Positions 54,526-64,000 of a stretch of 64,000 bases of DNA are shown here, piece after piece (within the stretch, counting starts at the first letter, position 1; each line of letters opens with the position of its first letter). This stretch comes from Balanoglossus misakiensis. Its lineage: Eukaryota; Animalia; Hemichordata. The stretch spans positions 8,871,403 to 8,935,402 of the forward strand of contig CM082587.2 of assembly GCA_040954595.2 (NCBI GenBank). Reading direction: 5' to 3'. Position numbers and translations under genes: made by a program. A model generated the notes under the pieces. That model saw only the letters and a list, made by a program, of their open reading frames with translations. It ran no database searches and was not told the origin of the DNA.

Positions 54526-57500
54526 TTAAAATATTGATTGTGATTCTATAGCTGTTGATATGGAGGTTTTACCGGTGTCTAACTGCTGATCAGCTTTTTG
54601 TCAGCTCTTAAGAAAATGAGTGAGATTCACTACGCGGGACATATTTTTTCTGTGATAGCTTCATGGCCTTGTAATCTGCTTATATAGGACAGAATGCGTT
54701 CTTCTAAATTTGGTAAACTTGGTGTTAATCGTTTTACTGTAAAAAGTGTTCATTTGGCCGAATGAAACTTGACTTATTTTAAGAAATGAATTAAAGATCA
54801 CTTGTCTGACAGTGCAAAATTTCATCTGTTTTACACCGTCTGAGACTTTGAGTACTGATTGCCGTGCTTTCATTTGGTTTTTACAGGCATTAATAAAATC
54901 TTATTTTCACGTACGAGCATATTTCCTTTATACATAATTATGTACATGTAATTTGTAATCATTTTTCTCGTGACACATCACTACTTTTAATGTGGTTTGC
55001 AAATTCCTGTCGTCGTTCAGAAAGTTTAGAACAACAACAATAAGGTTTATGTATGTGCTGCATCAAGGTCATTCATGGAGTGACGACCTTGGAGTGGACC
55101 GTGGCTGCATGAACGACAATTGAGACCGACGACCATCGAATGGTGGTTTCGCTGATATACAAATGAACGCCAACTACTCAAAAACAGCATGAGTTCAAAA
55201 TTACTTTAAATTGTGACGATTAGCATCGTTGGGTGATGTGTTTCTCACTTGTTTCCATGGTAAACATTTTGTGAATCCATTTACCATGAACGCCTTGAAT
55301 TACAAAATCTTGATAAAAATGCAATAGTAATTCTTCTCAACTGTGCGCGAACAGTTTGACCTATACACGAATGGTAAACGCGTCTAATGAGTATAGTCAA
55401 TAGATCTATGTATATTGGGTCATGAATACAGATATCCATATCTCCTTTATAGCAAAAGTACAACCATGACAGCTCTATCACTAGAAATGCTGATCTCATA
55501 TCTGTACGGTAATTAATATCTATTATGGAATCCCGTTAATCGATGTAATGTTTTATGGTGTAAACGTGAACAAACTATTAACGCAAAAATGTATTAATTT
55601 GTTCCACGCACTTAAATGCGATAAATGTATATGCCTGTGTGTTATCAAAACATCGGGTTCTGTTCGTGAGCATACATCTATACTTCAATATTCAAATAGT
55701 TACTCACATATTTGCCCAAGTTCGTATTGTCAACTTTCAGCGGTTGACTTCACCACACTAAATACCTTTGTTAACACTCGATCGACTATCTCACAGTGAC
55801 GTGCATTGACAAGGACATACATACAAATAAATGACACTTCTCATCAATGCTGCTCTTCAGATATAATGAGTTGGCTTAATTTATTTTCAAAGATGTCTTC
55901 CCATTTCATTTGCATATTTTGAATCGCATTAGCTCATTGTTATTAAAGTCAGACAACGTTGACTTGCGAATATTAGTAGTAAATATGATTCTTTGAATTA
56001 TTCAACAAGTCGAAATTTACGGATCATTTCATGTCGTTAGGGTCAAGATAAATGGGATGTGGTACTTTTCTTCCCATTTACCTGTGAACTCGTGTGGTTA
56101 TAGGTTATTCGTGAAATGTCTGGCTGTCGTCATGTGAAATTTGCGACGTCGCACAACCAATCCAATTATTGTAAGGATATTTGGTCGTTGAGGCTACGCC
56201 AAATTTCTTAAAAATCACATCTGTGCGCTTTTTTTCTTCAACTCTCTGGCGTTTGGGAATAGATGGCTTGTGTAGGGGAACGGGTAGCTTGCGGTCACTT
56301 CAATGAAAAGTAATCTGCTGTGCCGATAGCAAAGTACCATCTGTAAATGCCGTAGGTCTGTGTCGGCTCTTAGTCATAGGCGAAATAATTTCATGCGCAG
56401 TAATTCTCATCAGTAAGGTTGACAGCTTCACTTACAATGGTAAGAATAGACTGAAAGCTACGTGCGATGTCTCTTTGCAAGACTGCTGTGTAGTCCTGCG
56501 GGATAGCTTTTTACTTCACTACAACATGATTTTAAACCAAAAGATGGTAAAATTAGTTCGAATTTCTATCGCAGTCAAATTCCGAGCGTTACTATAGCCT
56601 AAGGTTAATCTTGTGCTTCGCGTCTCAGCGTTACAAATTGAATAGACTGGGTTGTTTAAGCTTTACAAACCCGACTACTTTAATGCAAAATACTATTCTT
56701 GTGTTTTATCACCGGGTAACTAACTGTAAAGTGACAGCCAACTATCGCCTTTCCATTCATTGCAAAGTCGAGTGTTTTCTCATTGTCGAAAAAGTGTGTA
56801 CATGCGTTTTGTGTTTACAGACAGTGGATTAGTGATATGGGAACGAAGCACAAAATATTACAGTATAGTTGACTCGCATGATGTATATTGTCAGAGTAAG
56901 TATGCTTGCTGAGTGACTTCAGTGGCAATATGCCCTACTCATGATGTACTACACCACAACTAGACGGTCACTACACTGCACTAATCGAACAGGTCGGTCA
57001 TTTCATTATACTGAATCCACAGCTGACATCTTTACACATATTCCCGCCTTTTTCATTTCAAGTGTGTGCGTAAACTAATAGATGTACAATATCAATACCC
57101 GTTGTGAAATCCAGAAAAATATGACTGAATATTGGAAACAAAAAATAAATGTCCGTGTTCACCAACACTTTTCGCAGGGTGAGATTTCATGTGTATTTCG
57201 CCGAACATCGCGGAGTTATATCCATTCAAGAAAGATGCGCTTGCATTATATCTGGAGAAACTGTGCTATCGATAAAACACTATGCCCTCTTAGTGCCAGT
57301 TCAATGTGATAACTGAATCCATTCCGTGCGAAATTAAACAGTGGCGTTCAATCATATGCTTTATCAATCATTGTCGTGGAAATCAGGAACCGACAGTGTG
57401 TCGAAAACACACATGTATTTGACAGTCACATGCGTCGGATAAATTGAGCCTCGTTAGATACGATTTCATCACTGTCTTGTAGACCTATCAATGATATGTA

Positions 57501-58815
57501 ATATTATCGCATTCTAATGATAACAATTGCTGTAGCGTTATTAAGACTCAGTCGCCATTTCATAGCCGAGTATAAAATTTGTAGATTCCATGTTTAATGT
57601 CGGCATACGACAGTTAAGTGTCGATTCAAATCGCTCGGCGAATACAGCAACAAATGGACGGGATTAGAAAAGGCACAGCCTGGATCATTCAGCTACAGTT
57701 GGTGTGTGGGTAGCACATATTCCTTGAGTCTTCAGCCGAGTGTTGAAGATTCACAACATAGCGTTTAGTTTTAAACTGCTGTCAACGCGTGAATTGTCAG
57801 TGACTTACCGAGCATAGCCGTAATGTATGTCGATGGATACCGAACAGTAGCTCTCCATTTGAATATCGGAATGACAAGCAATGGAGTATTACGAATAGTT
57901 GTAAAGTACAGTAACGAGCGAAGTCTTTGTAACACAATTGAAAATTAGTAGAGACTTAATAAAGCAACTTTGCAACGCTAAGCAAGTAGTGTTTCCATAT
58001 TTGTAACACCAGTTTTCGAGGCTTTAAAATCAATTTTGGCATGTTTTCAACAAACATTGCGTCTAGTAGCGTCACTTACCTGTCAGAGCAAACGGGGTAG
58101 AATTCCAAGAAGAGAGATGTTGGTTCCTCTAGAAGGACTGATTAGAGGCAGTATCACGACAACGTGTACAGTGCCCCACTATACACATTCACCGGATGAG
58201 ACTCTCGTCAAATCTCGTTAACATGCTATTCCGTTTCACGGAAACACTAATATTTCATCCCGCGTAAGTTACTCGATTTAAGATTAAAAACCGCACCACT
58301 GCCATGAAAGCAATTTAAAGGCTGAATGATGATGCCGTATATCTGCATCTAGAAGATTTCAGTCGCTGATAAGTATAAGCTCTTATTGGCGACGGGCATG
58401 TTATCGATATGGCATAATTCCCAGACAGCCGAATTTTGTCAAGTTATTTACGCCTTTGCATTCCAGAAAAACAACATTTTTTTGTTGTTGTTTACATTAT
58501 GGCCGGTGGAAAATAGTAGTGAATAAATGTATACATAATTAACATGAACAAGAACACACATTTGAATATTTACAAAGATTGTCGTACTCAAGTAAAAAAC
58601 GATAAATTCGGAAGATGTGACGTGATTCTGGAATGATCATGGGCGTCACACTCACACATAACGTTATTTACTTCTCTGAAACCCAAAACCAGGTTTTCTA
58701 AACACGAGAAGCAATGGAAATTAAATTTATTAATATGGTTAAATTTACTCACAGATATAATGGTATAATATTGTCCATACATAGATAAATTTTACGGAAG
58801 TGTGGCCTACCTATT

Positions 58816-58917
58816 CTCAAAATGCAGGAGAAAATGTTTTTTTGAAAGAGCATACACCAGCAATCGCATGCTCAAAATGCAGAAGAAATTGCCTTTTGAA
58901 AGAGCGTACAACATCGC
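58816..58917. repeat. Diverged 55-bp tandem duplication
   Basis: ctcaaaatgcag.agaaa.tg..ttttgaaagagc.taca occurs at 58816 and 58871. Confidence 0.75.
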
Positions 58918-61900
58918 AGTCGTATACCATAGTTACTTTTAAGTCGCTCAGTATAAAGTAGAGATTAAGACAAAGATACGACAAATCCACACCAGCGCTG
59001 CTTGGCGTCCCTTTTCTATAAAAGGCAATAACGATGTCTGCAGTGTATTTTTGTCATCTCCAACACTGTTGTGGTGATACATGCATTGTATCTCTTCAAA
59101 ACAAATTTTGAATGCAACAGTAGGGACTTTGTTGCTGTATACAAACGGGAATGTAACGGCCTGTGGGTAGAGCGTGTTTCAAATCTACGCCCAATTCCGT
59201 CAATTCTCCCATAAGCGCCGAGATGTCGTAACGGTGTCATTGTTGTATACATGTATTTTGAAAACGTAGATTATCCCCACATCAAGCTTTTATTGAGAAC
59301 ACGAATGTTCATTTTCCTGGAAAGTTTTATATATTCAATGTTACCAAATGCAACAACTGGCTTAGTCTACGTGTACAAGTAATGAAGATAGGGATGATGG
59401 TCGGAGGATTTAAAAAAAATTAAAATCTTAATTTTTAAATCTCCCTCAATACCACCACCAAATTAAGACCCCCTAAGCATGATCTGAAAAATTCGAGTTT
59501 CATCTCGATTATTACTAGTATATGAGGACAATACTACCAGTAGGTATCATCGGGCTGTGCTGACAGACAGAATACGGATAATTTCAACAGGATCCAATAC
59601 GTGAACAAATACTGAAAATACCGAAATGTATACACGTATTGTTGTTGTACATATATATTTTCACACTCCTGTATCAGGTGCTGTGCAGACCCTGTCACAG
59701 TTGTATGTGACATCGCACTCGTCGATATTAGCAAACAATTTGATGTACCAGAGCTGCGGCCAGAGGTTTGTATATATGCACTAGTGTGAACACATTTCTC
59801 TATATAGTGTTGTCAGTAGGAAATGGCTGTTACCATGGTAACGGGCGCTGAAATTTCTGACTGTGCCGTTAGGCACCTTTAATTAAATTCATTGTTTGTC
59901 GTCCGCCTGATGGTAGTTTTATGTGCAAATTAGGGGAGAACAAACGGATCCAGTTTATTCCGCTTTTATTTTCCTATAAGACTGTCGTACATGTAGTTTG
60001 CACGTGGCATTTTATTCCTGAGTAGATCTATTGCCCCAACATATCAGCCTCAAAGGAACATTTGTCGGCACACAACCTCTGCGGAACACAGCTGAATAAT
60101 CGCAAAGCCACATAAGGTGTGTAACAGAATCAGATACGAATAAAAAATACCAGTAAAATCAAGACTCTGAATGTGCAGAGAAACAATTTGAAACTGAATA
60201 GGATTAGTACAACTAAACTTGGTTTGATATACTGTGTGTTAAATGTGCATTAACTGCAGTTTTTGACACATTTGGATTATTTTTGTGTAGTAGTTGGGCC
60301 TATTTTGTTTCATGCCATAAATCGACAGAGTAGGCCTAAAGCCAAAAGCTGAATACAAGTCATGATTTCATTGCTTTTTAAAAACATTTATGCAAGTTGT
60401 AAATCCTCAATATACATGTGGTATACTAAGTACTAAAAGTACTAAGGTGTTTTATAAGTACGCGTTTCTTCATACAACCCAAAATAGAGCAATTGTAGCT
60501 TTTGTGTTTATCATACACAGAAAACATCGAATTTTGGCAATATACAGACTCCGTAACAAGCCCTCGAATTCAACACTGAATTACACCATGGTATGCACGG
60601 TCATGTATAATCAGAACTGCTTCTGGTCTATGAATACAGGTCTTACATCTGCTCTGTTGCACAGTGACTGTGTAGGCCCGTTACATGCATGCATGCTTTT
60701 CTCGCTGAGAGGACGGTAAATATCGATTCTATTCCCGGCGGCCAACCCCTTGATGGCCTATATATGTGTTGTTGACGAACCAATTCAAGTCTTTGTCTAT
60801 ACATATACATGTAAATCGTTGACTTAAATAGTTGAAACAAGTACATGTACATGTGGTAACTAATCATAATACAAAAACACTGAACAATATAACATGTTCA
60901 AAATTATTCTATAATGGCTTTGTCAATACCACAGAATTTTGTGAAACCGTCATTGGAGATTTTGTTTCTTGTATGCAAAACATTTTTACGAGTATGAACA
61001 CACTACAAAGTTGCATAAAAAGACAAAGTGATTATAGAAAACGAAAAATTACGAACGAAAAACAACATAAATATCTTCCCGAATATATTCATATGCGTGT
61101 GATCTGTGTAATTAATGTTTCACGTTCATTCTTGGTGACTTGACTTGACGCTTGACTACTGCAGTCTGCCACCTATATGTTGAGAATCTAAGTAGACCAT
61201 GTTTGCGGTCCGTGTGGTCTGATCATATCAAGCCATTTCCAATAACTTTTCCATCAAAGGCCAATTTTCACATCGCAATTGGTAATCAACTTGACACTCA
61301 TATTCCTGGGGCCATTCACCTTGCATTCCTCGGCCTCCAGTATGTACACCCCACGTCAAGTTTCATTCAATAGAGACTATCCATTCTTTCTGATATGTGC
61401 TTCTAAGTTTTATGAAGATTTCAAATTAATATAATGCAAGAGATATTGACGAAAGTATCGCTAGATCGCCTGTTATTGAAGAACACTGGGAGAATTTCCT
61501 TTTATATTTGAAAATATTAATGAATATTGATCAGCTATTCACGTTTTTCGATGGAAATCTTATTTTCAATACAGTATCGTGTCAGTATCGTCTATACAGT
61601 GCGTCATGAGTAGCCAGCAGTGAATGCGCGCGCATTGCCATGATTTGTTTTACATCAAATTCGCTGGTATTGACAATAACTATACAAAATAACAATAAAG
61701 TATGCTCCGCTGGCGCATAATGGACTCACACTGTATGATCCCCTATGGACACGATTTCAATATTGTATTCCTGAGGAAAAGATGCATGATGTTCTCGACG
61801 GATTTTACATGTGTCATGAATATGCATAATGCCACCTAACTTGTTCTAGTGAATACTCAACTGAAACATCACCAGGAAGTATTATCGTGTAATAGATATC

Positions 61901-62164
61901 TTCACCTTTCGAGACAAAGTTTATATAATGAGCAAAATTCCAGACATCTACCCTTTTGAACGCAATGAATTTTCTAAATATTGCGGTAGCATCTGAGCCA
62001 TGGGCACATTGCACTTCTTAAATTGTGTCTTAGAATAACTTAAAAACATTTGCGAATGCGGTAATTTTTAGTCACGGAAAAATAAAAAACAACAACACAA
62101 GGCTGAGTTTCCCTAGGATGTCGACGTGGAGTAGACGTGGACAAGCATTCATTGACCCCCCGGA

Positions 62165-62689
62165 AATGGTGGCGTTTTTGGGTTAAAAACCCATTTTTTA
62201 TATTATGTCATTGAATTGAAATTAGGTAAAAAAGTTGACCATGCATCATGCATCTTAATATATCATTCGAAACTAGAGTAAACGTCACGGTGCAAAAAAA
62301 AACGAAAATTTTGTTTTGCGTTATCTGCTTCCATTGAGGAGAAACAGCGTTTGAAACTTAGATTTTTAGAAAATTTGATCAAATTCACGATGAGTTGTAT
62401 TGAATCAGAGTTTATTCCCGCCAGGGACACTTTATCGACTAAATTTTTTTTCGTTTTGTTAGATGGGTCATACACAATCCCCTGTTAAAATTTGAGCAAA
62501 TTCGGCCAACGCAGAGCGAAGCTAAATTCTTCTGAAGTTGTCAAAAGCAGCGAACATGCAAACTAAGAAAAACGGCCATTTGCATTGTTGACACCTATTT
62601 CTTAAGCTGACTCATTCAGAAAAGTGCTATTTTTGGGTGATTATGCACCATTTCCGCCAAGACGCATTTGTCAGAATGTGGATCAGTAT
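62165..62689 (+). mobile_element. Family A interior copy lacking both TIRs
   Basis: Colinear and highly similar to 1969-2447 (e.g. aaaagttgaccatgcatcatgcatcttaatat, gaatcagagtttattcccgccagggacactttatcgactaa). Confidence 0.9.
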
Positions 62690-63356
62690 TATATATATAT
62701 ATAGGGCGTATGGTTCTACAGTAGCGTCCGAAAAGGAAGCTAATTTGTGGCTTCGCCCGTAAAGACTAGGCCAAGTGTGACGTGAGAAAACTATTAAAAC
62801 AAGAATCATTTTCAAACTTGGTTCAAACAGAAGCTAGTAATTGTCAGTGTGACAGACTCAAGGCATGCCTGTGGATCTAAACCTTGGTAGTTAAAATCAA
62901 GCACTTACATATACATAGGCCCAATGATCGACTTAATCAATATCAGTTCCGCAAAGGACGAGCTTCATGTAGATATCGTGCCAGTAGAGGTCGCTGTGAC
63001 ACAGAAAAGACAAACCACATTTTGAATAGTAATCGAAAAATGCAAATTGCATTCATATCCTCAAATGCACAAAACGATCGCTAGAGGTCGCTATTAGTAT
63101 TGCGGGATTGAAATATGCACCCTTCCCCACAACTCTACCACATAGGCATTTCTTCACTCAGGTGCATTTAAAAAAAAGATGTCAACATTAACATTTTTGG
63201 ACCTTCCTTGTTTTCCAGACACAATGGAACGGAAGAGGGTGGCACAAGTATCAGGAGACTAAACCAGTTCAGTCTCCCGATGAGTGAGTCCAGTGACTCA
63301 CGAAACAACGTTGTAGAGATTATAACGCCGATAGTCTCTCAAGCTACCCTTATTAT

Positions 63357-63365
63357 ATGTATGTA

Positions 63366-63400
<35 letters not shown>

Positions 63401-63546
63401 ATGTACATGTATGTATGTATGTATGTATGTATGTATGTATGTATGTATGTATGTATGTATGTATGTATGACTGTATGTATGTATGTATGTGTGTATGTAT
63501 GTATGTATGCATGTATGTATGTATGTATGTATGTATGTATGTATGT
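63357..63546. repeat. (TATG)n/(TG)n microsatellite
   Basis: Directly visible; it explains the YIHT/VCMY pseudo-ORFs. Confidence 0.97.
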
Positions 63547-64000
63547 ACATGTACCACTCAGTAGCCTAAGATGTGTGTAGCCTAAGTTAGTAAAATAGTT
63601 CTTTACATATTGGCCTAAGTGATATTGAAAGGACATTGATAACATTCTTCTGGTAGTTGAAATTAAAAGCTTATCTCCCATATTCTGTATGGTTGGATAA
63701 ATTTTTTATTTCACCTCAGTCAATGGTTTGCAAATACAACATAATTCAAGTCAAGCAGTACTTCTAAGATCTGGTCAATTCTTAAAAGATCAACATTGCA
63801 CATTTCAGAATGGAATTCAGATGGTCGCCACGCTAGTACGGCAAAGCATCAGTCTGTGCGTCCTGTAACCACAGTAACTGAATTGAACGCTAAAAAAACC
63901 CAATGATTTTGTACCCTGAGATTGTGTATTGGCTTTTTTCACAGGCCATGTAGGCCAGTTAAATTTGACCTCTGACTGAGAACACACTTCCCCACAGCTT

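Noticed and set aside
57640-57770. C-type lectin-like WTGL...SFSYSW string; also SRCR-like strings near 20110-20210 and 45272-45420
   Set aside because: Only 3-4 residue matches, without the conserved cysteine pattern or exon boundaries.

Overview
AT-rich eukaryotic DNA, not prokaryotic: there are no long ORFs, operons, rRNA/tRNA genes or CRISPR arrays. The repeat content suggests a marine invertebrate, possibly a deuterostome (inference). The window is essentially intronic or intergenic and is full of transposon remains. These include at least five short non-autonomous DNA-transposon families flanked by TTAA with purine-purine termini (Kolobok-like), one TAA-flanked Harbinger-like MITE family, and decayed Tx1/L1, CR1/L2-group and Penelope-like (GIY-YIG and Naiad-type RT) retroelement fragments. 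Two of the insertions are nested. Tetranucleotide microsatellites produce the longest 'ORFs' in the track. A few isolated exon-like segments exist, but no gene can be named. The most unusual signal is a pair of sequence-unrelated, Crypton-like hairpin elements with the same architecture. Their stems carry repeated tandem GA/GA mismatches and GNA/GNNA mini-loops on one strand only, which suggests a folded single-stranded DNA substrate. All coordinates and translations were read by eye, and no searches were run.
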